From Octopus sinensis (Eukaryota): 64,000 nt of DNA. Location: positions 15,376,001 to 15,440,000 of the forward strand of contig NC_043014.1 of assembly GCF_006345805.1 (NCBI RefSeq), given 5' to 3'. Positions 51,248 to 63,964 of the stretch are shown here, piece after piece (positions within the stretch are counted from its first letter, which is position 1; each line of letters opens with the position of its first letter). Below the pieces are notes generated by a model, which ran no database searches, was not told the origin of the DNA, and saw nothing but the letters and a program-made list of their open reading frames with translations. A program made the translations under genes and the position numbers.

Positions 51248-51881
51248 AGTGGCTGTGGGCTATGTGGTAAGTAGCTTGCTTACCAACCACATGGTTCCGG
51301 GTTCAGTGAAACCTTGGGTAAGTGTCTTCTACTATAGCCTCGGGCCGACCAAAGCCTTGTGAGTGGATTTGGTAGATGGAAACTGAAAGAAGCCCGTCGT
51401 ATATATATAAAGCTGGTGCTGCAGCATGGCCGCAGTCAAATGATTGAAACAAGTAAAAAAAGTATATATATATACTCTTTTACTCTTACTCTTCACTCTT
51501 TTGCTTGTTTGACTGTGGCCATGCTGGAGCACCGCCTTTAGTCGAGCAAATCGACCCAGGACTTTTTCTTTGTAAGCCTAGTACTTATTCTATCAGTCTC
51601 TTTTGCCGAACTACTAAGTTACGGAGACGTAAACACACGAACATTGGTTGTCAAGCGATGTTGGGGGGACAAACACACACACACAAACACAAACACACAC
51701 ATATATATATATACATATATACGACGGGCTTCTTTCAGTTTCCATCTACCAAATCCACTCACAAGGCTTTGGTTGGCCCGAGGCTATAGAAGACACTTGC
51801 CCAAGGTGCCATGCAGTGGGACTGAACACGGAACCATGTGGTCCATAAGCAAGCTACTTACCACACAGCCACTCCTACGCC

Positions 51882-51883
<2 letters not shown>
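51248..51883. mobile_element. Tail-to-tail SINE-A pair: 51248-51460 (+, internally deleted), 51475-51883 (-)
   Basis: SINE-A motifs. Confidence 0.85.
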
Positions 51884-51933
<50 letters not shown>

Positions 51934-51963
51934 TATATTATATATATTTATATACATGTATGT

Positions 51964-51996
<33 letters not shown>

Positions 51997-52434
51997 ATAT
52001 ATATATCCTGCATCTGATTGTGCTTAATTTGATATGTAGATACCAACGGTATTAGGGCGTGTATAAGTCATGAAAAAATTTCAAAAATCGATTCCAGGTG
52101 AGAATGCAATCGATAAAGCCGTGGAAACGTGCATTTGTACGCGCAAGTACATCAGCTGTTGCGATCGATACTACGCGTTGTGTGAATAAAATCGTTTTTC
52201 TTTGGAAAAGAAAAAAAATCTATCTTTATTTCTTCTTTTGCTGGTATCTCAAATTTAGGTTAAACCAGTGTTTCTCAAAGAGTGGCCTATGGGATGGTCG
52301 GACATGTTGTTTTGAGAAAATTTGGTTTAAATGTTTGACAACTCAGCACCGTCCATTGGACGGGGGGTGGGTACGTTTTGCTCGTTTTATTATAAATGCA
52401 AAACAACACCACAGAGGAATTGACATAAGCTTAA

Positions 52435-52479
52435 ATAAACCGCGATAGGTGAACCGCGATAAGGCGAGGAATTACTGTA
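52435..52479 (-). mobile_element. Tigger/pogo-like terminal fragment
   Basis: Reverse complement reads TA|CAGTAATTCCTCGCCTTATCGCGGTTCACCTATCGCGG. Confidence 0.45.
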
Positions 52480-53783
52480 TATATTTTTAGCCAAGCGGAA
52501 GTCGAAACTGTTTGTGCTATGACAACAAACAGAGTATCGTTGAAAATGAAGATCCATGACTGAAATTAAAATAGTCTCCTTGAACAAGATGCCATTTACG
52601 CCTGAGTGGACTGGGGGCAATGTGAAATGAAGTGCTTAACTCAAAAACACAATGCACTGCCGGGTCCAGGAGTTGAAACCACGATCGCAAAATCGTGAGT
52701 TCAACAACCCTAACCATTAGGCCACGGGCCTTAACACACTGAGTGAATTGAGAAATCATAATAATAAACTTTTCTACAATAGGAACAAGGCCTGGAATTT
52801 GAGGGGAGGGGGTAATTAGTACTTGAGTGGTACTTAATTTATCGGCCCCGAAAGGATGAAAGGCAAAGTCGACCATGGCAGAATTTGAACTCAGAATGCA
52901 AAGACGGGCGAAGTACCGTTAAGCACTTCGTCCAGCGTGTTAACGATTCTGCCAGCTTGTTGCCTTAAGAAATATTAATAATGATTAAAAAAAATCTTCG
53001 TTTATTTTACTAACATTAACAGCCTGACATTAATCCTTAAAATCAACATTAAAGAAAAATAAATAATAGCAAAAATTGAAGAAATAATGATAAAAGAATT
53101 CTTCAGCCAAAAAGCAGCAGCCCAACTGAATCAACCAAATTTCTTTTCTGGAATTCTGAAAGTTTCCCTGGGGGAAAAGTGGGGGCAAGCAGTTTCTTCA
53201 AGGTTAAGAATTGTGTGCGCCTCTAGATAAACTATGTTCCACACCCCTGAATCAATAACTACAACCAGTACATCTCCCCACCACCACCACCACCACCACC
53301 ACTACTACTACTACTACCATCACCACTGATCCTGCTATGAAAATTAAACGAAATAGAAAAATTTCCTTCCAAATATTGAATATATAAATAAAAGTAAATA
53401 AATAAATAAATAAATCTTAAATGTTTTAACAGGGACTGTATTTGAGGATCACCGTATGATTTGTCTTGTGACAGCTTAGAGAAGAAAGGACAGCACCTAT
53501 GACTACCTGGCACTCCCTATTTTGTGACTCTTACAACCCTTTTTTCTCCAACTGTTTACTCTTCATAGAGGTGACCTCCTAAATCGCATCTAGAGAAAGG
53601 ACACATGATTAATTAGCATAAAGCCAGTTTCTGTGCCACTGATATGGTGTCGCCTCTCGCAGTCCTTTCTGGAAGTCCATTTATAGGCAGGGATATTAAG
53701 AGACGCAGTCGATTCTGAGAGAAGCAATAACCGTCCTACTGATTAGATCGTTTGCTAACATGTATGCTTTCTCTTCGTTTCAG

Positions 53784-53984
53784 TACCTAAAGTCTGGTTT
53801 TAATGGGTCACATCTTACACGGGGTTCAATGGCCACGCCACTCTATTCTTTAAGAACAAGAGTTAGTAATCATAGATGCTCTTGTGAAGAAAAACAATAC
53901 TGCAGGATGCATCCAGCCCAAGTCAGATGCATGGTGTGGTGTGATGCCAGGCATGGAAGTGTTAAGCATGGCCTTTTCTTGTAA
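53784..53984 (+). CDS. Candidate exon of an unidentified gene (open only in phase 0)
   Basis: Branch-point-like TGCTAAC (53753-53759), pyrimidine tract and CAG (53781-53783) in a non-repeat island of about 600 bp; reads YLKSGFNGSHLTRGSMATPLYSLRTR..; no recognisable domain. Confidence 0.3.
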   Translation, partial: YLKSGFNGSHLTRGSMATPLYSLRTRVSNHRCSCEEKQYCRMHPAQVRCMVWCDARHGSVKHGLFL

Positions 53985-54094
53985 GGGAGGTTGTGTGTGT
54001 GGGTGTGCGTGCACATGCGCAATGACCTGAGTATCTCAAAAGCATAAGAGGTGTATTTTGTTTATTGTTTAGTCAGATTAAGATGGGCAGCAGT

Positions 54095-54490
54095 GTCGTT
54101 ATCATCATTCTTATCATTATCATCATAATCCTCATCAAAACAGCCACCACCATCATTTTCATCATCATCAGCAGCATTATCAATATAAGCATCATCTCCA
54201 CCACAACCACCATGACAACCACCACCAACTCCATCATCATTGCCATCACCACCACTACTACCATCACCACCGCCACCACAATCATCATCATCATCATCAT
54301 CACAATCATCACCACCACCACAATCATCATCATTCTTCATCATCATCGTCATCACCGTCAACATCATCATCACCATCATGATCATCGTCATCATCACTAT
54401 CATCATCATCATCACAATCATCACCACCACCACAATCATCATCATCATCCTTCATCATCATCATCGTCATCATCTTCAACATCATCATCG

Positions 54491-54528
<38 letters not shown>

Positions 54529-54530
54529 GA
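54095..54530. repeat. (CAT/CAC)n microsatellite
   Basis: Direct reading. Confidence 0.95.
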
Positions 54531-55095
54531 TGAAACTTGGTAGGAGGAAAACAAGGATCTTACCCTCAGTCACTCAAATGCCTTCAACAGAACGGTCACG
54601 ACGAAATGCACCCAAGGACTAAGCAGTGGAGTTATTAAAATGGACAACCGATTAAGTCCACCACGTGTTAGTGGTGGGCATGGGAGGCTATGAACAGTAT
54701 AACAGAACCAACGTGAACGTTATCAGCAACTGGACTCGAAGTAGTGGCACGGAAAGTTAAAATAAACACAAATCTGGCTTATTTCAAGCTTTAACAGGGA
54801 AACGAACCTTCACCAAAACCTTCTCAATAAATAAATGAACGAATAAATAAATAAACAAACAAACACACAAAAAAACAAATAAATAAATAAATAAATAAAT
54901 AAATGAGATTGATTTTAAAATGATTTCTGTTTTCTTGAGGATTAATATGTCTGATTCATTGAGTCATGTCCAACATGCTTTTGGCATAGTGACGGTGATG
55001 ACGAGCATGGTGACTATGACGACGATGACGATGATGGGGCACTGATGATGACGGTGATTAGGATAATGATGATAGTGATGATGATGATGATGACA

Positions 55096-55127
<32 letters not shown>

Positions 55128-55274
55128 GATGATGGAATTAGTGATGGATCTAAATGTTGTTTATAAGTACGTGACTCGCCTCTCTCGGGGGTCCCAGGGA
55201 GACTCAATTACGAGATAGTCTGCTTAAAACTCTCCCCAACACGTTATTTTAATCGATTCATCGCAGCCAATCTT

Positions 55275-55875
55275 ATGTATGCATGCATGTATGTATGTAT
55301 GTATGTATGTATGTATGTATGTATGTATGTATGTATGTATGTATGTATGTATGTATGTATGTTATGTATGTTCTGTATATATGTATGTATGTTATGTATG
55401 TACGTATGTTATGTAAGTATGTATGTATGTTATGTATATATGTATGTTATGTAATTAATCAATATAGGGTGCCAAAAAAATTTTGTAGAATTTTTTTGTA
55501 TGTTATGTATATATGTATGTATGTAAATATGTATGTTATGTATGTATGTATGTATATATGTTATGTATGTTCTGTATATATGTATGTATGTTATGTATAT
55601 ATGTATGTTATCTATGTATGTATGTTATGTAAGTATGTATGTATGTATGTTATGAATACATGTTATGTAAGTATGTATGTATGTATGTTATGAATATATG
55701 CATGTTATGTATATATGTATGTATGTTATGTATATATGTATGTCATGTATATATGTATATTATGCATCTATGTATGTTATTTAAGCATGTATGTATGTAT
55801 GTTATTTAAGTATGTATGTATGTATATATGTATGTGTGTATGTAGGTAGGTAGGTAGGTAAGTAGGCAGGTAGGC
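55275..55875. repeat. (TATG)n-derived microsatellite/minisatellite
   Basis: Direct reading. Confidence 0.9.
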
Positions 55876-56249
55876 ATGCATGAATGTATACATTGATACC
55901 AGTACTTTTTTAAAGGCTGGTACTTATTCTATCGGTGTCTTTTGTTGAACTACTAAGTTCAGGAATGTAAACACACCAACATTGGTTGTCAAGCAGTGGT
56001 GGAGACAATCACAGACACAAACACACACACACGATCACACGTTTTATATTTTACTTGTTTTTACTACAGGCATCCATGACTTTTAAAGCCTGGTACTTAT
56101 TCCATCAGTCTTGTTTTGCCAAACTGCTAAGTTACGGGGACATAAATATACCAACTCCGGTGGTCAAGTGGTGGTGCGAGAACAAACACAGACACAAAGG
56201 CCCATATAGATACACACACACACACATACACACACATATATATATACAT

Positions 56250-56436
56250 GTAACCACACGTGGACTTTTGGTGATTTTCCCCACCTTCTTTCTTTCCCTT
56301 TGGACTATGCTGTTTCCGACAAAGAGCTATGTTCAAAACGTAAAACAACAACAACTCTTTTCTTTCTCCAAGCGTCATATTAATACATTCCTTGTACTAC
56401 GTCCCAATGTTTGTGTTTTTCCTGTTTTTGAATTGA

Positions 56437-56440
<4 letters not shown>
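56250..56440 (+). mobile_element. Hammerhead-element copy (CCGAC-core type); motif at 56312-56346
   Basis: GUUU-CCGACAA-A-GAGC uau GUUC-AAAAC-GUA-AAAC; G>A changes at CpG-like sites. Confidence 0.55.
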
Positions 56441-56518
<78 letters not shown>

Positions 56519-56522
56519 ATAT

Positions 56523-56714
56523 ACAACTTATAAACAAGGGCAAAAGAAAAATTATTTCAATGCCAATATGCTGAGAACAGACTTTAAATCGTCAATTTCC
56601 ACATAACAATATACATTCACTATATATTGTAATGTGGAAATTGACGATCTAAAAGTCCGTTATCAGCATATTAGCACAGAAATAATTTTTCTTTTGCCCT
56701 TGTTTATAAGTTGT
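56523..56714. repeat. Imperfect palindrome of about 190 bp next to (TA)n
   Basis: ACAACTTATAAACAAGGGCAAAAGAAAA..TCGTCAATTTCCACAT mirrored about 56617. Confidence 0.9.
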
Positions 56715-56807
56715 TTATGATTTTAATCTTTAAAGGAATTTTAGTATGCTGCCACTTTTGATGAAATCTTTTCTGAAAAAAAGTTTATCCTATATTAGTA
56801 GAAGTAG

Positions 56808-56839
<32 letters not shown>

Positions 56840-56898
56840 ATATAGGTTATTTTATATCTTCTCTATTGTAACTATTGCTTAACCATTTTCTCGCACCA

Positions 56899-56944
56899 TC
56901 TCTGATGAAGGGATATATAAAATATCCCGGAAACAGCTGTAAGG
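56899..56944 (+). ncRNA. Minimal type-I hammerhead ribozyme candidate
   Basis: UCU-CUGAUGA-A-GGGAUAU auaaa AUAUCCC-G-GAA-ACAGCUGU-A-AGG: canonical core, 7-bp stem II, palindromic stem III ACAGCUGU, GUA triplet. Confidence 0.75.
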
Positions 56945-57301
56945 CCTTCTCTTTATAATTGTTCTGAAATCTTTCATAGCCTTGGATTTTTTTTTATCTC
57001 ATTCTGTTAATTTTATATACATAAAATATATAGAAATCGACCTATGGTAAACAATGATCCGGGTATTAAAATTCATAACAGAACATGTGTAAAATGTGGA
57101 AGGGTGTGCTTCTCAGGTGGAATACTAAAAAGATATGTTAAGAGAGCGCATATGGTGACACCTGTTTTTCTTGCCAGCCAGCACAGTTGATTAGTATGTA
57201 ATAAAATGTGTAAAAGCTTGGACGGGCTTAAAAGTCATAAAAGGGCTTCACACAGCAACGATCATGAATCATTTCAGTAAGTCTTCTTCGCCGTATTTCG
57301 T

Positions 57302-57482
57302 AGCCGTATTTCGCCTGCTGTTACGTTCTGAGTTCAAATTCCGCCGAGGTCGACTTTGCCTTTCATCTTTCGGGGTCGATAAATAAAGAACCAGTTACGC
57401 ACTGGGGTCGATGTAATCGACTTAATCCCTTTGTCTGTCTTTGTTTGTCCCCTCTATGTTTAGCCCCTTGTGGGCAATAAAG

Positions 57483-57487
<5 letters not shown>
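57302..57487 (+). mobile_element. SINE-B, 5'-truncated
   Basis: SINE-B motifs. Confidence 0.85.
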
Positions 57488-57515
<28 letters not shown>

Positions 57516-57522
57516 TATATAT

Positions 57523-57819
57523 GAAGGCGAATGGCTGGATTGTAAGGTCGTTAGTTCGATTCCTGGCGATGCGTTGTGTCCTTGAGCAAGACACTTTATT
57601 TCACGTTGCTCTAATTTACTCAGCTGGCAAAAGTGAGTTGTACCTGTATTTGAAAGGATCGGCCTTGTCACACTCAGTGTCACACTGAATCTCCCTGAAA
57701 ACTGCATAAGGGGTACGCGTGTCGGTGGATTGCTCAGTCAATTGCACGTTAATTTTACGAGCAGGCTGTTCCGTTGATCGTATCAGCTGGGACCCTCGTC
57801 GTCGTAACCGACGGAGTGC
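57523..57819 (+). mobile_element. SINE-C
   Basis: Homologous to 40242-40559. Confidence 0.85.
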
Positions 57820-57822
57820 TCC

Positions 57823-57853
<31 letters not shown>

Positions 57854-57858
57854 TATAT

Positions 57859-57917
<59 letters not shown>

Positions 57918-58732
57918 TATATGATACGACGGGTTTCATTCAGTTTCCGCCATCCAAATTCACTCCAAGGCTCTGGTCGGCTATATAGAAGACATTTGCC
58001 CCAAGGTACCACACAGTGAGACTGAACCCAGAACCATGTGGCTGGGAAGCAAGCCCCGAGGTTAGAGTAGAAGACACGTAACTAATTCTGTGCATCATAG
58101 CCCAGTATTTCGACTGACTATATTTACACCATGGAAACTACACAAAAACAACAACAAGGACCGGGTGTTCTGAAATTACTCATACAATGTCATGCTCTCA
58201 GCACCCACACACTCCTACAGACACACCTAAAGCTATATGATTCACTAGTCTCACCCCACTTGCCCTCGTATTAGAATCCTTGCACTTAAATATTTAGCCT
58301 GTTTTTTTCATCCCTCCTCGTATTTCTCATCCCGCCCAACCATTAAACGCACAAGTCAAATCAAACATCACAGAACAGCACTTGCTTCACCCATATTCTC
58401 TTCTTATTTCTCTCCCTCTCTCTCTTTCTCTTCCAGCGTAAAAGTGCCTCAAAAGGTCATGGTCAAAGTGTCCAACGACTTCATCCAAAAATGTGTGTGG
58501 TTTTGTGTGTGTGTGTGTTTAAAATTGGAATCTGTTGATGGTCTTCGATCGAGAGAAGGGAACATCATATTGTCATATCTGTTGGCCAAATCAGCCCCGT
58601 TTCAAGAATATCCAAGAATGGAAACGAGAAAATCTGAGCAAAGCCGAAACTCACACCACGCACGCGTGCACACAACCATATTCTTTTATGTGTTTCATTC
58701 TAGAGGGTGTGGCCATGGTGGAGCACTGCCAG

Positions 58733-58792
<60 letters not shown>

Positions 58793-58961
58793 GAGAGAGA
58801 GAGATATGTGTGTGTACGTATGTATATGTAAAATATGTGTATATATATTATATCTATGTATGTGTATGCATGTATGTATCTTGTAAAATATACGCATTTA
58901 CATATACATATATACATACATATATAGACATGTGTGTGTTTGTGTATGTGTGGAGAGATAG

Positions 58962-59015
<54 letters not shown>

Positions 59016-59710
59016 GCTTGTGTATATTTATGTGTTTGTATATGTCAATATCTATACGTGTGTGTTGTGTTTTAAATTGCATAATTAACTTTATTAATAA
59101 CGTTAGTGATGGAGAATTTTTTCCCATCTCTAAATTAACATCTAATTAGATGAAGTGCAATTAGAGTTAATAATAAACTAAAAACTATGCTCTGACATCA
59201 CTGACCTATTATAATAGCTTTATTGCAAACAGAGTATTCTGCTGGGAATCTCTCTTTCTCTCTTTCTCTCTCTGTATGTGTAACAGTCACAATGATGGTG
59301 GCGGTAGTGGTGGTAGTGGTGGTGGCATAGAGAAGGCTGGAGTCTTATTTACAAACGCATAGGAATGGTTTCCTATTTAGTCATGAGGCCAGCAATTTTG
59401 AGGGGATGGGTAGTTGTCGATATCAACGATCCAGTATTTGACCGGTGCTTCATTTAATCGACCCCGATGAAAATGATCCTTTCTGCTTTAGGCATGAGGT
59501 TTGACATTTTTTGGGGTGATGGTAATGAGGGGGAAGTGGTAAGTTGATTACATTGATCCCAGTATTAAACTGGTAGTTATTTTATCGTTCCCAAAAGGAT
59601 GAAAGGCAAAGTCGACCTCGGCAGAATTTGAACTCAGAGCATAAAGGACGAGAAGAAAAGCTGCTAAGTATTTTGTCCAACATCCTAACGACTCCGTTAA
59701 TAATGTGGAA

Positions 59711-60031
59711 GCACTCCGTCGGTTACGACGACGAGGGTTCCGGTTGACCGATCAACGGAACAGCCTGCTCGTGAAATTAACATGTAAGTGGCTGAGCACT
59801 CCACAGACACGTGTACCCTTAACGTAGTTCTCGGGGATATTCAGCGTGACACAGTGAGTGACAAGGCCGGCCCTTTGAAATACAGGTACAACAGAAACAG
59901 GAAGTAAGAGTGAGAGAAAGTTGTGGTGAAAGAGTACAGCAGGGATCACCACCATCCCCTGCCGGAGCCTCGTGGAGCTTTAGGTGTTTTCGCTCAATAA
60001 ACACTCACAACGCCCGGTCTGGGAATCGAAA
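59711..60031 (-). mobile_element. SINE-D, 5'-truncated
   Basis: Near-identical to 30666-30990. Confidence 0.9.
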
Positions 60032-60039
60032 TCCGTTAA

Positions 60040-61445
60040 TAATAATCCTTTCTACTATAGGCACAAGGCCTGAAATTTTTCTGGAAGAGTGTTAGTCGAT
60101 TATATTGACCACCGTGTACAACTGGTACTTATTTTATCAAACTTGAACTCAGAACATGAACAGCAGGAAGACAGAATCATCCTCCCCCTCCACCAAAATT
60201 TTAGACCTTGCACCTATAGTAGAAAAGATCATTATTATTATTATTATTGATCTGAACTTACTAGCCTTGCATTAAAATCTGAAATCAATATTGTGGCCAT
60301 GTTAAGGCAGAGAGCTGACAGAATCATTAGGGGTCAATGAAATAAATACCAGTTGAACACGGAGATTGATGTAACCGTCTTACCCCCTCCTTCAAAATTG
60401 CTGGCCTTGTGCCAAAATATGAAACCATTATTATTATTACTATTTAAGGCAGCAAGCTGGTAGAATCATTAGCACCCTGGCTAAAATCCATAACGTTTTG
60501 TTCATCTCTAAGTTCCGAGTTCAAATTCCGCCAAGGCCAACTTTGCCTTTCATCCTTTCAGGGTCGATAAATGAAGTATCAGCTGATCACTGGCATCAAC
60601 ATAATCGACTTACACTCTCCCCTGGAATTGCTGACCTTGAGCCAAAATTTGAAACCATTTCTATTACGCAATTGCATGCTGATTAATTTAGGAAGTATTT
60701 CATTTTGAGGTTTGGTGACAAAAAATTTCCTCAAGTCTCAAGAATGCTCCTTAGAATTCTTGGAATTGCTGGAAGTCAGTGACATGAAAGAGTGTCGAGG
60801 AGAAGACTGACGTATATATGAGAATATCAGGAAAATGCTTAAGTGTTTACTTAGCTTTTAATTTTCCCAGTGTTAACTTAGCTTTTTTTTTCTAATTGGC
60901 CCCAGGAGAGAAAAGGAATCAACAGATTAAATATCGGTTATACGCTAGTGTTAATCTAATCAACCATACATTTACACTTGTCCTACAGTTGAAACCAAGT
61001 GTAAGAAATCGTTACCATTATCATAATTAAAAAGACGACGAGCTGGCAGAATCGTTAGCGCACCAGGCAGAATGCTTAGTGGTATTTCGCCCGTCGCTAT
61101 GTTCTGAGTTCAAATTTTGCGCAGGTCGACTTTGCCTTTCATCCTTTCAGGATCGATAAAATAAGTACCAGTTGAACACTGGAGTCGATGTAATCGACTC
61201 ATCCCCTCCCTCCCCCAAGCTGCCCTTGTGGCAAAATTTTGAAATAATAGTTATTATTAAAAAGACGGCGAGCTGGCAGAATTGTTAGCATGCCGAGAAG
61301 GCTTAGTTCAAATTCTGCCAAGGCCAACTTTACCTTTCATCTTTTCGAGGTCAATAAATTAAGTACCAGTGAAACACTGGCGTTGATATGATTGACTAGA
61401 CCCCTCCTCCAAAATTTCAGGCCTTGAACCTTTATTAGAAAGGAT
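60040..61445. mobile_element. Cluster of diverged SINE-B2 copies in (ATT)n tracts
   Basis: SINE-B core and GGCCTTGTGCC tail motifs at about 60045, 60190, 60305-60660, 61030-61245 and 61260-61445. Confidence 0.7.
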
Positions 61446-61459
61446 TATTATTATTATCA

Positions 61460-62585
61460 TTTTTCTGGTTGAATTGCATTTTATAAATTAAATGGAGAGA
61501 AACTTTCTGAGAATATGGGCGGTTGATGTCAACAACTTTTTGAGTCTCATAGACTTTTGGTTTCTCAGGGTCTGATCAAATATTTTGTCAGTACCTTTCT
61601 TGATCATTCCCAAGACACCTACAACAACAAGAATGGTTTTGGTTTTTAACTACCACATCCTAGATACTTCAATCTCAAGTCCTTATATTTGAATTTTTTT
61701 TTCAAATTCCTTTACTCAGATCTTTCTATCAGTAGGCAATGTTATGTCAATTAACAGGCGTGTTTTTTGTTTTAGGTTTTTGATGACGATGTCTGGTGTG
61801 TTAGCATTTATTTGCCTGTCTGTATGTATTCCAAAATCCCATAGGATGGTAACATTCTCTCCCCTAGTGATTGACTCGAGATGTTCATACCAGTTCTTAG
61901 GTACGGGATACCATAGTGACAACATATGCTCCAGTACAAGTATTGGCCAACTCGATCATGCCTGGTTTTATATTCAGTAGGTGCAAGAGCAACTGGCAAC
62001 GATGTTATCAATACTCTCAAGTTTGTCATTGCAGAGTCTACACTTTGTGTCTACTTCATTGAGTGTGACATTAACTTGATAGTCCCCGGTGAGGAGACTC
62101 TGGTTTAGTGTTGCTAGGATGAATCCTTCTCTTTCAGCTTTCAAACCAACACTCTGCAGTCAATAAGGGGTTCTTCTTATATCTACATCAGATTCCCCAG
62201 CTTGTTTAGGGTATTGCCCATACAATGGTTTTTCTTCAAGCTTTCCTGTTTGGCTTTTGATTTAAACTTTTTTTTGCTGCCTTAGTGGGTGATGTGCTCT
62301 CCTTATCTTCATAATCCTTTAAGATTGAGTGCAGTTTCTTACTCTGTTCGTGTGTTGCCTTACCAGCTGTATTGTCCAGTCGGTGTTACTCTGGATGTAC
62401 CCTTGAAGTCCTATCATGGTCGTTTTATAGGATGTTTCAAGCTGGATTGAGCATTTGCCGCCTTTCCTTTGTAGAAGATAGAGCCTGTAGACATCTGATT
62501 TTGGGTGGTGCATCCTGTTTAGGATCGGCGGTTTCCCGGTCTTTTTGTCCATACGCTGGACATCACTCAGATTCCAGTTGATGGC
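61460..62585 (-). pseudogene. Decayed R4/Dong-like LINE (post-RT region and REL endonuclease) ending in (AAT)n
   Basis: HHPKSDVYRLYL..KGG, LAPTEYKTRHDRVG, ILWDFGIHTDRQINANTPDIVI..LIDITLP (REL RHD and PD..D motifs); frameshifted. Confidence 0.9.
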
Positions 62586-62594
62586 AACTGGTCA

Positions 62595-62965
62595 ATTGTA
62601 TTAGCCCTAGTGCTCAACAGTGCTTATTTCATCGCCCTGAAAGGATGAAAAGCAAAGTCGACCTCGGAGGAATTTGGACTCAGAAGAAATGTCACTAAGC
62701 ATTTTACCTGGTGTGCTAACAATTTTGCCAGCTTGCCCCCTTTAATAATAATAGTTTCAAATTTTGGCACAAGGCCAGCAATTTTGGGGCAGAGGTAAGT
62801 CAATCATACTGATCCCAGTGTTCAACTGGTACTTATTTTATCGACCCCGAAAGTGTAAAATGCAATTCGATCCCGGCGGAATTTGAACTCAGAGCTTAAA
62901 GAATCGGCAGAAATGTTGCTAAGCATTTTGTCCGGAATACTAATGATACTGTCAGTTTCTCAACT
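62595..62965 (-). mobile_element. Two diverged SINE-B2 copies
   Basis: SINE-B motifs. Confidence 0.7.
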
Positions 62966-63877
62966 TAACAATAACAACAATAATATCTTTTAATTATTTT
63001 CTTCCTTTTTGTGATAGTCTATTTTTAGATCAGTTTTAAATTTCCTTTCGTGACAAATAACTTAGAAGAATTAAAGCGAAGAACATATTTCAGACATCAA
63101 GTAAAAGCATGCGTGTATAGCTTTAAAAAAAATTTACTGACACGCTTTCTAGTTACGTTGAGGACAAGCTCTGGATCGCTAACTTCTTATGAGTAATTGA
63201 TGAACTTATATACAAGACACACACAGATGGGGAGAAGAGACTGCGGCCCATTCTATCTGGTCACACGTAATGTGGCAATTTTATTAATGGGAGCACAATA
63301 CCTCGTCAGTAAGCATCCACCGGAGCACAAAGTGATTTCACAGACTCTTAGATAAAGTTAGTAAACAAGTTAATAGTTCAATGAAGATGAGTAATACCAG
63401 CTAGCTCAGCATATTTTTCATGGTCGCTTGTTCAAAATAATAATGATAACATTTGACATGTTTTTTATTTCCTTTCTTTATTTCTTTAATTATTTCTTCA
63501 TTTAAGCTCGTCATGATAAATTTTGCTAATCTTGATATTTAATTAAAGTTAGGTGGTGGTTTCGATTCCCAGACTTTTACTTTTTTACTCGTTTCAGCCG
63601 TGCGGTTGCGGTCAGGTGATAGAATCATTAGTACACCAGGCTTAGCGACATTTCGTCCATCTTAATGTTCTGAGTTCAAATGCCAACGAGGTTGACTTCG
63701 CCTTTCATCCTTTCAAGGTCAATAAAATAAGTACCAGTTGAACTCTGCGGTTGATATAATCGACTTATCCTCTCCTCATAAGAAACCAATAAAAAAGAAG
63801 CTTACCAAGAACATGTGTTTCTTAGAATACATTTGGTTTTTGCTACATTAAAGTTATTTTATTAAATTAGCAAATAA

Positions 63878-63950
63878 GTCTCTGTAGCGCAAGAGATAGC
63901 GTGCTGGACTTCTCATCTAGAGGCCGTGAGTTTGAATTCCTCCAGTGGTG
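63878..63950 (+). pseudogene. tRNA-Arg(TCT) pseudogene
   Basis: 73 nt GTCTCTGTAGCGCAA..CTGGA-CTTCTCA-TCTAG..CAGTGGTG folds as a cloverleaf with a TCT anticodon, but lacks the D-loop GG, has C at position 37, a TTTGAAT T-loop and a broken T-stem. Confidence 0.75.
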
Positions 63951-63964
63951 ATCTACATACATTT

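Noticed and set aside
53430-53600. Additional acceptors at about 53431 and 53568 as coding exons
   Set aside because: All frames close within about 15 codons and nothing recognisable is encoded.
61260-61470. SINE-B2 as the partner of the R4/Dong-like LINE
   Set aside because: No shared 3' sequence is visible, and the tails are opposite strands of the same microsatellite.
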